A DNA stretch of 64,000 bases, taken from contig CAVPCT010000004.1 in NCBI GenBank assembly GCA_963702475.1, forward strand, positions 96,001-160,000, read 5' to 3'. The stretch is from an uncultured Thermoleophilia bacterium (GTDB taxonomy: Bacteria > Actinomycetota > Thermoleophilia > UBA2241). The notes under the pieces were generated by a model, which ran no database searches, was not told where the DNA came from, and was given only the letters and a program-made list of their open reading frames with translations. Every line of letters begins with the position of its first letter. Positions within the stretch are counted from its first letter, which is position 1. A program made the position numbers and the translations under genes. This document shows, piece by piece, positions 21,724-31,882 of the stretch.

Positions 21724-22812
21724 ATGAAGGGACCGCACACCGCGCCGGTCGAAGGTATCCCGGTCTGGTACACGTACTGCCACCTGATCGATGCGGGTAC
21801 CGTGGACGAGGAGCTTGGCCTTGTTGCGGAGGAGCTCGCGCGGCGCGGCGCGCGTCTCGGCTACTTCCTCGCCGCCCCCGGGCACGACTTCTACCCCCAC
21901 TTCACGCACGAGCTCGACAGCCTCTTCCGCTTCGGCGGCTGCATCCCAGCGATCCACGTGAAGGCCGAGGTGCGTGACACCGTACTCCTCGGCCTGCAGT
22001 GGCTCGCGGAGGGCGGCGGGCTGCTGGTCCGCGCCGGCGAGGGGGTCGACGAGGTGAGCGACCTTCGCGGCAGGAGGATCGGCCTCACCAGAAGCCTCAA
22101 CCCGAGAAAGGTCGACTACCGGCGCGTTACGGACGAGCGCGGCGTGGAGGTCGTGCTCGGGCTCAACGGCGTGAGTCGCGACGACGTCGAACTGGTCGAC
22201 TGCGACCGCGTCGACGACTGGTACGACGCGCCAGAGGCCAAGGTGCCGCTGACCGGGCTCACGGAGTTCTGGAGCCGGTACGGGATCGACCCGGACCTAC
22301 GGCACCGGCCGCTGGTGGCAGAGCTCGAGGCCGGCATCATCGACGCGTGCTTCGTCACCGACCCCTTCGACCTCGGCTACCCGGACTACCCGGGCTTCTC
22401 CCTGATCGGAAGCCTGGCCCGCCACCCCGACTGGACGCTGCAGGTCGGCGGCGCGCCGTATGCGCTCACCTGCACAAGGCCGTTCGCCGACGAGCACCCC
22501 GACCTCGTGACCGCGTACCTTGCGGGTCTCGTGAGAGCCGGCAGGTGGTGCAACGATGATCCATCGGAGGCGGCCCGGCTGCTCGAGACGACCGGCTTCT
22601 ACCTGCCGGCGGAGACCACGCACGCGAAGCTCCGCACCGTCGACTTCGTGCCCAGCCTCTCCGCCGACAACCTGAGGGCCCTCGAGATCGAGAAGGACTT
22701 CATGCTGAGCGGCGGCTGCATCGCGCACGACGTCGACGTGCGCGCGTGGGCCGCGCCGGACTTCCTCACGGCTGCGCACCGCGAGCTCAAGGGGCGGGCC
22801 ACCGGGCCCTGA
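21724..22812 (+). CDS. DszB-like desulfinase / periplasmic-binding-fold protein without signal peptide
   Basis: YTYC, HFTH, FRFGGCIP, SDLRGRRIG, HPDLVTAYLAGLVRAGRW, DVRAWAAPDFL. Confidence 0.7.
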   Translation: MKGPHTAPVEGIPVWYTYCHLIDAGTVDEELGLVAEELARRGARLGYFLAAPGHDFYPHFTHELDSLFRFGGCIPAIHVKAEVRDTVLLGLQWLAEGGGLLVRAGEGVDEVSDLRGRRIGLTRSLNPRKVDYRRVTDERGVEVVLGLNGVSRDDVELVDCDRVDDWYDAPEAKVPLTGLTEFWSRYGIDPDLRHRPLVAELEAGIIDACFVTDPFDLGYPDYPGFSLIGSLARHPDWTLQVGGAPYALTCTRPFADEHPDLVTAYLAGLVRAGRWCNDDPSEAARLLETTGFYLPAETTHAKLRTVDFVPSLSADNLRALEIEKDFMLSGGCIAHDVDVRAWAAPDFLTAAHRELKGRATGP

Positions 22813-22865
22813 ATCCGCCGGCGCGTCCGCGCCGCGCGTCCCTCCGGGCCACGCGCCGGCGCCGC

Positions 22866-22902
22866 AACGGGACGGGGGCCACTGCGCGGCCCCCGTCCCG
22901 TT
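22866..22902. terminator. 15-bp stem-loop between convergent genes
   Basis: AACGGGACGGGGGCC-N7-GGCCCCCGTCCCGTT. Confidence 0.65.
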
Positions 22903-22933
22903 CCGTTCCCTCGAGCGCCTCGCGGCGCCCGCG

Positions 22934-24538
22934 TCACTCGGTGAAGAACCCCTCGGTGAACGTGGTGTGCGCCCAGTCCGGGTCGAGCACGATGCCGTCG
23001 ACCTTGGCGGACTCGCCGGCGACCCCGGTCAGGACGATGAAGTTCATGATCGGCACTTCCTCCTGGATGAGCGCCTGCGCCTGCTTGTACAGATCGGCGC
23101 GCTCGGCCTCGTCCAGCGCCAGCGGGATCTGCTTGCAGATCTCGTCGAACTCGGCGTTGTTCCAGCGCGAGTAGTTCCACGCCGCGTCGCTCGTGAGCGC
23201 CAGCTTGAAGTACGTGATGGGCGATGCGCGCGTGCCCCAGTCAACGACGCCGAAGTCGGCCTGGTACCAGTTGTCGGTCCCCTTGTCTGCGTAGAAGACG
23301 TCGCTGGGCACCTTGACGATCTCGACGTTGACGCCGATGTCCTTCATCTGCGCCTGCCAAGCGGTGGCGATGGCCGGGATCGGGTCGGCGGTCTGCGCCA
23401 CGAGCTTGATGTCGACGCCGTCGGCGTAGCCCGCATCGGCGAGCATCTGCTTGGCCGCCTCCGGGTCGTAGGCGACGACCTCGGTGTCGGCGTAGTACGC
23501 CTGGTACGCAGGGCCGACGAACGTGCCGTTGCCGGGCTCGCCCACGCCCGGAGCCACCAGGTCGATGATCGCCTGGCGGTCGGTGCCGGCCCACAGCGCC
23601 TGACGGACCTTGAGGTCCTTACCGGCGCCCTGGTCGACGCGGATCTGCAAGCAGTTGAGGTAGTTGGTCACCGACGTGATGGTCTTCAGCATCGGATCGG
23701 ACTCCACGACCTGCTTCTGCTCGGACGTGATGCCGCCCACCCAGTCGAGGGCGCCGCCTTGCAGCCCCTCGATCTGGCCGGCTGTGTCGGGCGAGTAGAT
23801 GAAGTCGACGCCGTCGAAGTAAGGCAGCTGGTCGCCGTTCTCGGCCTTGTCCCAGTACTGCGGGTACTTCACCATCACGGCGCGGTCCTCGGCCGCGAAC
23901 GACTCGAGCATGAAGGGGCCGGTGCCCACGAGCTCGGTCATCGGGTCGGCCACGCTCTTGCAGAGCATCTTGGCGCGGTAGTCGGTCAGCGACGACGGGA
24001 ACTCGGAGTCGACCGCCTTCAGCTTGAACGTGACCTGGGTGGGGCTGTCGGCCACGACCTCCTCGATGTTGGCGTAGACGCCGGCCATCGGCGATTCCTC
24101 GCTCCGCAGGCGCTCGAACGAGTAGATGACGTCGTCGGCCGTGAACGCCTCGCCGTTGTGGAACGTGACACCCTCCTGGAGCACGAACGTCCAGCTCTGG
24201 CCGTCGGGCGAGTCCCAGCTCTGCGCGAGCCACGGCTGCACGCTGAAGTCCGGGGCGAGCTTGACCAGGTTCTCGGTCGCCTGGCACGTCATCAGGATGT
24301 CGCCCACGGACCCGGCCATCATGACGGGGTCGAACTGGCCGTTGCCGGGCTGCATGCCGACACGCAGCGTGCCCCCGGGGACCGGAGTTCCGGCGGCCGG
24401 GCTCTCGCTGGCGCCGCCGCCGCCCTCTTCTTCCGTGCCGCAGCCCACCGCAGCCACCGCCATCGCGGCGATGAGCAGCAGGATGGCTGCGACGGCCAGC
24501 GCCCGGGCCAGCCGTGTCTTCCTCTTGTGCGTGTTCAT
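22934..24538 (-). CDS. ABC transporter substrate-binding lipoprotein, family 5 (orphan; close paralog of 9854-11462)
   Basis: Intact 534-aa ORF; lipobox AVGC; GVTFHNG, VGTGPF, DVFYADKGTDNWY. Confidence 0.93.
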   Translation of the reverse strand: MNTHKRKTRLARALAVAAILLLIAAMAVAAVGCGTEEEGGGGASESPAAGTPVPGGTLRVGMQPGNGQFDPVMMAGSVGDILMTCQATENLVKLAPDFSVQPWLAQSWDSPDGQSWTFVLQEGVTFHNGEAFTADDVIYSFERLRSEESPMAGVYANIEEVVADSPTQVTFKLKAVDSEFPSSLTDYRAKMLCKSVADPMTELVGTGPFMLESFAAEDRAVMVKYPQYWDKAENGDQLPYFDGVDFIYSPDTAGQIEGLQGGALDWVGGITSEQKQVVESDPMLKTITSVTNYLNCLQIRVDQGAGKDLKVRQALWAGTDRQAIIDLVAPGVGEPGNGTFVGPAYQAYYADTEVVAYDPEAAKQMLADAGYADGVDIKLVAQTADPIPAIATAWQAQMKDIGVNVEIVKVPSDVFYADKGTDNWYQADFGVVDWGTRASPITYFKLALTSDAAWNYSRWNNAEFDEICKQIPLALDEAERADLYKQAQALIQEEVPIMNFIVLTGVAGESAKVDGIVLDPDWAHTTFTEGFFTE

Positions 24539-24716
24539 GTGAATGTGTCCCCCTTCTGGTTGCCAGCTTCATGCCGGCCCTCCCACAGGGCCGACGGGCG
24601 CCCGCCCCGGGGCGCCCCTGGTTCCGTGACCTTGCACATTAGCGGCGCAGGCGGGGGTGTCAAGGTCGGGGAGTCGAGTGCGCGGCGGGGCCGGCGGGCG
24701 CAGCCGGCCCGGCCTG

Positions 24717-26102
24717 TCAGGCCAGGCAATAGGCGTCGAGCCGGCGCCGGACCACCGCGTCCAGGTCGTCAGGCGGCTCGTGTTGTTCCAGTCGGCGCGC
24801 GACTTCGCGTTGTGCGGCGGCGCGCAGCTCCTCGGCGCCGCCGGCCTGCCACTTCTCGAGCGCGTCGCGCATCAGGAGCGAGGCCCTCAGGCGGTCGCGG
24901 GCGTGCCGCCGCGTGTGCGCCTGCCCGAGATAGCCGCCGGCGGGCCCGACGTCGTCGATGACGTCCTCGGCGAGCTGCTCGGCGTCCGCGCCGGCCGGCT
25001 GGGCCGCGACGCGCAGCATCGCGGCCAGCTCGTCGTCCATCACCAGCTTCTCGACCGAGGCGATGTTGAACGAGCTGAGCACACCGGCGCCCTGCATGAT
25101 GAAGTCGGCGCCGGCGCGCATGCCCGCGCCCAGGCAGAGCGCCGACTCGAGCATGGCCTGCGAGTCCGGCAGATGCGCGTCGGTGACGGCCGCTCCAGCG
25201 CGCACCGGCAGGCCGCAGAGGCGTGCCAGGCCGACCGTCGCCTCCGCCATCCCGGCGAACTCGGCCGTGCCGAAAGTCGCGTTGCCCGTGCGCAGGTCGG
25301 ACATGGTCGAGAGGCCCCCATAGACGAACGGGCTCCCCTCGCGGATGCCTTGCGCGATCACGAGGGCGGCCAGCACTTCGGCGTGCTGCACGACGAGCGT
25401 GCCGGCCGGCGTAGCGGGGCCGGTGGTACCGCCCATGGTGCACGCCGTGACGCAGGACGGCTGCCCGAGCCGCGCCCAGCGCAGGAGCATGCGCACGTTC
25501 TCGCCGGCCAGCTGGAGCGGCGACGTCGTGTTGAGGACGATGAGCGCGCGGGGGACGTCGTGCCAGCCCGCGCCCCACAGGATCTCGTTGATGGCGATCG
25601 CGTCGTCGAGGTCCTCCTCGGCACTGGCGATCCACTCGGTGCTCTTGTCGCTCAGCGTGAGCCGGGCGTACGTCGAGCGCCGCGTGCGCTCGTCCTCGGG
25701 CAGGTCGAGCGGTTCGACGGCGTCGGCCTGGAAGCCGACCTGGTCCGAGAGGTGGGCGACCATGGCGACGTCCTCGACGTCCGACAGCCGCCCGGCGCGG
25801 ACCGTGTCACCGTCGAGCACGTAGGCCGGACCGGACACGGTGCCGAGCACGGTCGGCCCCTCGCCGAAGACCAGATCCCGCTCCCGCGAGCGGCCCTTGA
25901 GCACGAACGCCGAGGGCGCGGCGGCCAGCGCCGCCCGCACCGCGTCCTCAGGGATCCACACGCGGCGCCCCACTGCGCGCGCGCCATGGGCCACGAGCAT
26001 GGCGACCGCGTCGTCGTCCTGCACGAGCACGCCGGTGCACGCCAGCACGCGGAACGCCGCCTCGTGGATCGCCTCGATGTCGGTGAGCGAGAACACGGTC
26101 AA
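24717..26102 (-). CDS. MttB-superfamily methyltransferase #4 (non-pyrrolysine, MtgB-like motifs)
   Basis: NTTSPLQ, MGGTTGPAT.AG, RAGAAVTDAH.PDSQA, VGPAGGYL. Confidence 0.92.
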   Translation of the reverse strand: MTVFSLTDIEAIHEAAFRVLACTGVLVQDDDAVAMLVAHGARAVGRRVWIPEDAVRAALAAAPSAFVLKGRSRERDLVFGEGPTVLGTVSGPAYVLDGDTVRAGRLSDVEDVAMVAHLSDQVGFQADAVEPLDLPEDERTRRSTYARLTLSDKSTEWIASAEEDLDDAIAINEILWGAGWHDVPRALIVLNTTSPLQLAGENVRMLLRWARLGQPSCVTACTMGGTTGPATPAGTLVVQHAEVLAALVIAQGIREGSPFVYGGLSTMSDLRTGNATFGTAEFAGMAEATVGLARLCGLPVRAGAAVTDAHLPDSQAMLESALCLGAGMRAGADFIMQGAGVLSSFNIASVEKLVMDDELAAMLRVAAQPAGADAEQLAEDVIDDVGPAGGYLGQAHTRRHARDRLRASLLMRDALEKWQAGGAEELRAAAQREVARRLEQHEPPDDLDAVVRRRLDAYCLA

Positions 26103-26115
26103 ACCGCCGGCCGGG

Positions 26116-27571
26116 TCACACGTCCGGGACGAACCCGTCCACGATGGCGTCGATGCGCGCCTTGACGTCGTCCGCGAGCGGCGCCGGCTCGTGCTCGGCG
26201 AGGAGCTTCAGTGCCTTGCGGCGGGCTTTCTCGAGGATGTCGAGCCCGCCCTCCTCCTCCCACCGCATGCGCCCCTCACGGTTGATGATCGTCGGTCGCC
26301 ACTGCGCCGAGCGCACATGCCGCTTGGTGTGCTTGTTCCTGAGGAAGTCGCCGCCGGGGCCGACCTGCCGCACCACGTCCACGGCCAGCGTCTCTTCGTT
26401 CACCTCGACGCCGCCCCAGAAGCGGCGGTTCAGTGAGATGAACTCGTCCATGAGCACGACGAGCTCGAGCGAGACCGTCATGCCGAAGTCCATGTAGCCG
26501 AGGTCGTGGTTGAGGTTGGAGCCGACCGCGAGGCTCAGCAGCACGGCCTCCCCGGCCTCCATGCCGGCCTGCGCGTCGACCACCTGTGAATCGGTCGTCC
26601 CGCCGTAGCCCCAGTTGGGGAGGTCCATCCAGCGGGCCAGCTCGGCCGCGCAGACGTAGCCCATGTAGTACTCGGGCGCGTTGTAGGCGGACTGCATGGT
26701 CGCCATGTCCAGCACCGCTGGCCCGATGCCGTAGATGAACGGCGCGCCGGGGCTGCGGAGCTGGTGGACGACGAGGCCCAGCAAGCGACTCCGCCGTGCC
26801 CAGGGCGATGTGCCCGGCCACGGTGATGGGCGCCGTGCCGCCGGCGAGCGGCGCCGTGGAGTACACGAACGGGATGCCCTTGTCGGCGCCGTAGAGGAGC
26901 TTGGCCAGCGACTCGCCGGGGTGCAGGAGCGGGCTCGACGGCTCGCCGTACACGGTGAAGTAGGGCTTCGCGCGGGCCGCATCGACGCCTCCGCGCAACT
27001 CGCAGGTGATCTCCCACATCGCCGCGAGGTCGCCGGCGTTCTCCGCCACCACCACCGGCGGCTTGGTCGAGTTCTCCACCATGGCGCGGAAGCTCTCCAG
27101 CAGCGCCTTGTGCGGGTCGCAGTCGCCGGGGTGCGCGTGCGCCATGACGAAGTCGACGTTGGGGAGAGCGTCGCAGAGCCGCGCCGCCATCACTCCATCG
27201 GCGAGGACGGTGGGCCGGTGCTCACCGGTCTCCAGGTCGTAGACGTTGGTGACCGCCGAGCCGTTGCCGAAGTAGACGTTGTAGCGGCCGAGCGACATGG
27301 CCGGCTCGCCCTCGCGGTCGTAGACCTCGATGACCGGGGGCGCCGTGGCGCGGGCCTGCTCGACGAGCTCGCGGGGCACGCGCACGAGGTCGTCGCCCTC
27401 CACCTCGCAGCCGGCGGCGCGCAGCAACTCCAGGGCCTCGGCGTTGCGGACGCGCTGGCCCACGGTGGCCATGATCTCCAGGGCGGCGTCGTAGATGGCC
27501 GCCTTGTCCTCATCTGTCAGGTAGGTCATGTGGCCGGGGCGGAGCCGCGGCTCGGGACTGGCGTCGGTCAC
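26116..27571 (-). CDS. MttB-superfamily methyltransferase #5 (non-pyrrolysine), frameshift near 26785
   Basis: YFGNGS, EPSSPL, AGGTAPITVAG / PGAPFIYG, WGYGGTTDS..DAQAG, NHDLGY, VGPGGDFL; GAGGAG RBS before GTG 27571. Confidence 0.88.
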
Positions 27572-27642
27572 GATTTCTCTCCTCAAAGACGGTCTGCTTC
27601 ACGGGCGCGGCCGCCGCAGCGGGCCGCGCCGGTCACATCATC

Positions 27643-29187
27643 TCAGAGGCGGCGCACGATGGCGGCGAACTGGCCGGCCGCCACGGCCCGCGCCGCCGCC
27701 TCCAGCTCCGGCGCCAGGTAGCGGTCGCGGCCGAGGGTGGGCGCGAAGGTCCTGACGAGGTCGCGCCCCGCTCTGGTCCCGGCGCCGGCTACCAGCGGCG
27801 CCAGCAGATCGATGGCCTGCGCCGCGCACAGCGCCTCGATGCCGAGCACGGCCTGCGCATTGCGCATCACGTCGCGCAGCTTCAGCGCCGAGGTCATGCC
27901 CATGCTCACGTGGTCCTCCTGGTCCCCGGAACTGGGGATGGAGTCGACGCTGGCGGGGTGGCACAGGACCTTGTTCTCGGCGACGAGGGCCGCCGCCGTG
28001 TACTGGGCGATCATGTAGCCGTTGTTGAGGCCGCTGTCGGTGGTGAGGAACGGCGGCAGATCACTGAGGGAGCTGGTCAGCATGCGGAACGTGCGGCGCT
28101 CGCTGATGTTGGCGATCTCGCTCAGGGCCATCGCCGCCAGGTCGAGTGCGAGGGCGAGCGGCTCCCCGTGGAAGTTGCCGGCCGAGATGATCTCGCCGCT
28201 CTCCGGGAACACGAGCGGGTTGTCCGTCACGGCGTCGACCTCGACAGTGACGACCTCGCGCAGCCAGCGCAGCGCGTCGCGGCAGGCGCCGTGCACCTGG
28301 GGGATACAGCGCAGCGAGTAGGCGTCCTGCACCTTGTCGCAGTTCAGGTGGCTGAGCATGATCGCGCTGCCCTCGGTGGCGGCGCGCACGTGGCGGGCCG
28401 TCAGGAGCTGGCCGGGGATCGGGCGCAGCTCCTGGATGCGCGCCTGGAACGGCCCGACGGAGGCGCGCAGGCCCTCCAGGCTCATCGCGCCGATCAGATC
28501 GGCGGAGTCGAGCAGCGCCTCGCCGTCGGCGACTGAGAGGCAGGCGATCGCCGCCATGAACTGGGTGCCGTTCAGCAGGCTCAGGCCCTCCTTCGCCTCG
28601 GGCACGAGGGGCGCGAGCCCGGCGGCCTGCAGAGCAGGCCCGCTCGGCTCGCGCCGCCCGTCGTCCGTGAGCAGTTCGCCCTCGCCCATCATCGCGAGGA
28701 CCAGATGAGCCGACGGGGCGAGGTCGCCGGAGGCGCCCAGCGAGCCACGCGACGGCACCCACGGCACCAGGTCGGCATTGAGCATGGCCGCGACCATCTC
28801 GGCGCAGGCGGCGCGCACGCCGGAGTGGCCACGCGCCATGGTGTTCAAGCGGATGACCATCGCCGCCCGCACGGTCTCACGGCTGAGCGGCTCGCCGACG
28901 CCCACGGCGTGACTGCGCACGAGGTTCTCCTGGAGCTCTTTGACCTTGTCGGCGGGGATGTGCGTGGTGGCCAGCAGGCCGAAGCCCGTCGTGACGCCGT
29001 AGGCGACCTGCTCTTCCGCGATGACGCGGGCGATCACGGCGTGCGCGGCAGCGATGCGGTGCAGCGCGGCCCGGCCCAGGGAGACCTGGGCCCCGCCGCG
29101 CGCGACCGCCACGACCTGCTCGATCGTGAGCGGCGCGTCGCCGATCACCAGCTCGGCGACACCTCGGCCGGGGACCGCCGCGCTCAC
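27643..29187 (-). CDS. hutH: Histidine ammonia-lyase
   Basis: YGVTTGFG, LVRSHAVG (His-type SH), GSLGASGDLAP (MIO), QDAYSLRCIPQVHG, GNFHG, QEDHVSMG. Confidence 0.95.
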   Translation of the reverse strand: MSAAVPGRGVAELVIGDAPLTIEQVVAVARGGAQVSLGRAALHRIAAAHAVIARVIAEEQVAYGVTTGFGLLATTHIPADKVKELQENLVRSHAVGVGEPLSRETVRAAMVIRLNTMARGHSGVRAACAEMVAAMLNADLVPWVPSRGSLGASGDLAPSAHLVLAMMGEGELLTDDGRREPSGPALQAAGLAPLVPEAKEGLSLLNGTQFMAAIACLSVADGEALLDSADLIGAMSLEGLRASVGPFQARIQELRPIPGQLLTARHVRAATEGSAIMLSHLNCDKVQDAYSLRCIPQVHGACRDALRWLREVVTVEVDAVTDNPLVFPESGEIISAGNFHGEPLALALDLAAMALSEIANISERRTFRMLTSSLSDLPPFLTTDSGLNNGYMIAQYTAAALVAENKVLCHPASVDSIPSSGDQEDHVSMGMTSALKLRDVMRNAQAVLGIEALCAAQAIDLLAPLVAGAGTRAGRDLVRTFAPTLGRDRYLAPELEAAARAVAAGQFAAIVRRL

Positions 29188-30077
29188 GAGCGCTTCGCCT
29201 TCTTCCGCTTCTCGAGCAGCTTCTGCAGCAGCGGCACGACCTCGAGCGGCGCCTTGGCCACGGGGATGCCGGCGGCCTCCAGCGCCTTCTTCTTGTCCGC
29301 GGCCGTGCCGGCGCCGCCCTCCACGATGGCGCCGGCGTGACCCATGCGCTTGCCGGGCGGCGCCGCGAACCCGGCCACGAACGCGACGACCGGCTTGGTC
29401 ACGTGCTTCTTGATGAACTGGGCGGCGGTCTCCTCGTCGTTGCCGCCGATCTCGCCGATGAGCACGATGGCCTCGGTCTCGGGGTCGGCCTGGAAGCGCT
29501 CGAGGCAGTCGACGAAACCGAGGCCGTGGACCGGGTCGCCGCCCATGCCGACCACGGTGGACTGCCCGATGCCGGCATTGGTGAGGGCGTTCAGGACCTC
29601 GTAGGTGAGCGTCCCCGAGCGCGAGACCAGGCCGACGGCGCCGGGCATGCACACGTCCGCCGGCATGATGCCGACGTTGCAGCGGCGCGGCGTGACCAGC
29701 CCGGGGCCGTTGGGCCCGATGAGCAGGGTGTTGCGCCGCTCCAGGTGGGAGATGACCTCGGCCATGTCGCGGGCGGGGATGTCCTCGGTGACGCAGACGA
29801 TGAGCCGGATGCCGGCGTCGGCCGCCTCGATCATGGCGTCGCGGGCGAAGCCCGCCGGCACGAAGATCACGGAGACGTCGGGCCTGGTCTGCTCCATGGC
29901 GTCGGCGACCGTGTCGAACACCGGCACGCCGCTCACCTCCTGGCCGCCGCGGCCCGGCGACGTGCCGGCCACGACGTTGGTGCCGGCCGCGCGCATGCGC
30001 ACGGCGTGGAAGGTACCCTCGCGGCCGGTGACGCCCTGCACGAGGACGCGCGTGTTCTCGTCGACCAGGATGGACAT
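29184..30077 (-). CDS. sucD: Succinate--CoA ligase alpha subunit
   Basis: [45 protein letters not shown]. Confidence 0.93.
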   Translation of the reverse strand: MSILVDENTRVLVQGVTGREGTFHAVRMRAAGTNVVAGTSPGRGGQEVSGVPVFDTVADAMEQTRPDVSVIFVPAGFARDAMIEAADAGIRLIVCVTEDIPARDMAEVISHLERRNTLLIGPNGPGLVTPRRCNVGIMPADVCMPGAVGLVSRSGTLTYEVLNALTNAGIGQSTVVGMGGDPVHGLGFVDCLERFQADPETEAIVLIGEIGGNDEETAAQFIKKHVTKPVVAFVAGFAAPPGKRMGHAGAIVEGGAGTAADKKKALEAAGIPVAKAPLEVVPLLQKLLEKRKKAKRS

Positions 30078-31276
30078 CAGCCGGCCTCCCCATCCGCGCC
30101 GGCGGCCGCCGGCGCCTCGTTGGACGCGAGCTCCCCGCGCGCCGCCGCCACGGCCATCGTGACCGCCTCGGGGGCGCTGGCCGCCACGTGCAGCTGCGGG
30201 AGCCCGGCCTCGGAGAGGATCTTGCGCCCCGCCGAGGCCGCCGTACCGTCGAGGCGCACGACCACGGGCGCCTCGACGCCGACCTCCGCGAAGGCCTGCA
30301 GCAGCCCCCGAGCCACCTCGTCGCAGCGCGTGAGGCCGCCGAAGATGCTCACCAGCACGGCCTTCACGCCGTCCGCGGCGAGCACGAGATCGAGGGCGTT
30401 GGCCACGACCTCGGCCCGGGCGCCGCCGCCGAGGTCGCAGAAGTCGGCGGCGGCGCCGCCGGCCGCGGCCAGCTGGTCGATGGTGCTCATCACCAGGCCG
30501 GCGCCGTTGCCCATCACGCCGATGTCGCCGTCGAGCGCGACGAAGGCGAGCCCGTTGCGGTGGGCTCGCGCCTCGCGCTCGTCCAGGCCCGCCTCAGAGA
30601 TGGCGGCGAAGTCCGGGTGCCGGAACAGGGCGCTGTCGTCGATCGTCACCTTGCTGTCGAGGCACACGACGGCGCCGTCGGGCGTGAGCGCCAGCGGATT
30701 GACCTCGAGCAGCGTGGCGTCGGTCTCCAGGTAGAGTCGCCACGCGGCCCGCACCACGGCCCACAGCGAGCGGCCGGCGAACGACTTGCGCGGCAGGCCG
30801 GCCGCGGCGAGCACGTCCCGCACCTGGTAGTCGCAGAGGCCGAGGAGCGGGTCGAGGGGCCGCCGGATCAGGGCGCCGGGGTCGCGGCGGGCGATGCTCT
30901 CGATGTCCACGCCGCCCTCGCGCGCGAACACCAGCACCGGGCCGCGGTCGGCGCGCGAGAGCATGAACGCCAGGTACATCTCGCGGGCGATGTCCGCGGC
31001 CTCCTCGATCAGCACGCACTCGACGGGCTTGTCCTTGATGGTCATCGCGAGGATCGCGCTGGCGGCCGCGTGCACGTCCTCGATGGTGGCGCACCTCTTC
31101 ACGCCGCCGGCCTTGCCGCGTCCGCCGGTCTTGGCCTGGGCCTTGACGACCACCGGCAGACCGATGCGCTTGGCGGCATCGACCGCCTCGGGCGGCGTCC
31201 ACGCGGTCTCGCCGGCCATCACCGGCAGCCCGGCTTTGGCGAACAGCTCCTTGCCCTGGTGTTCGAGCAGGTCCAT
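30077..31276 (-). CDS. sucC: Succinate--CoA ligase (ADP-forming) beta subunit
   Basis: MDLLEHQGKELF, GGRGKAGG, EGGVDIE, EVNPL, GNGAGL, IFGGLTRCD. Confidence 0.92.
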   Translation of the reverse strand: MDLLEHQGKELFAKAGLPVMAGETAWTPPEAVDAAKRIGLPVVVKAQAKTGGRGKAGGVKRCATIEDVHAAASAILAMTIKDKPVECVLIEEAADIAREMYLAFMLSRADRGPVLVFAREGGVDIESIARRDPGALIRRPLDPLLGLCDYQVRDVLAAAGLPRKSFAGRSLWAVVRAAWRLYLETDATLLEVNPLALTPDGAVVCLDSKVTIDDSALFRHPDFAAISEAGLDEREARAHRNGLAFVALDGDIGVMGNGAGLVMSTIDQLAAAGGAAADFCDLGGGARAEVVANALDLVLAADGVKAVLVSIFGGLTRCDEVARGLLQAFAEVGVEAPVVVRLDGTAASAGRKILSEAGLPQLHVAASAPEAVTMAVAAARGELASNEAPAAAGADGEAG

Positions 31277-31288
31277 GCGGGCCCCGGG

Positions 31289-31882
31289 TCAGGCCGGCGG
31301 CGCGGCCGGCGTCGGCGAGAGGCTCGCCTCCGACGCCAGGCGCCTGCCCAGCCGGAACGCCTCGGCGTTCAGGTCGCGGAACTTCTCCGGCACGCGCTTG
31401 ACCACGGCCTCCTCGACGGCGTACGCGGGGAGGATACCGGCGAACTCGACGAGCGCGCCGAGGGCGACGATGTTGGTGACCACCTTCTTCTTGAGCTCCT
31501 CCGCGGCGGTCCGCGTGAACGGCACCCCGCACAGGGTCCACTGCGCGCTCTCAGGCCCCGGATGCACGAAGTCGGAGTCGTAGACGAGCAGGCCGCCGGG
31601 CCGCATGCCGGTGACGTAGGCGCGGTAGGCGCCCGGCGCCAGGCACAGGTTCACGTCCGGCGAGAGCACCTCGGGGTAGTCGATCTCCTCGCTCGAGATG
31701 ATGACCTCGCTCTTGGAAGCCCCGCCGCGCGCGGCGGGGCCGTAGCTCTGCGTCTGCACCACCTGCTTGCCGAGCTCCGTGGCGGCCTCGGCGATGATCG
31801 CGGCCACCAGCAGGATGCCCTGGCCGCCGGCGCCGGAGCAGCGGATCTCGGCGCGCACCGAGAGGTCGCGGCCGTCAACCAT
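31289..31882 (-). CDS. korC: 2-oxoacid(2-oxoglutarate):ferredoxin oxidoreductase gamma subunit
   Basis: GAGGQG, QTQSYGPAARGG. Confidence 0.88.
   Translation of the reverse strand: MVDGRDLSVRAEIRCSGAGGQGILLVAAIIAEAATELGKQVVQTQSYGPAARGGASKSEVIISSEEIDYPEVLSPDVNLCLAPGAYRAYVTGMRPGGLLVYDSDFVHPGPESAQWTLCGVPFTRTAAEELKKKVVTNIVALGALVEFAGILPAYAVEEAVVKRVPEKFRDLNAEAFRLGRRLASEASLSPTPAAPPA

Noticed and set aside
21724-22812. Sulfonate/nitrate ABC substrate-binding protein
   Set aside because: No signal peptide or lipobox, no adjacent permease or ATPase, and DszB-like catalytic residues are present.
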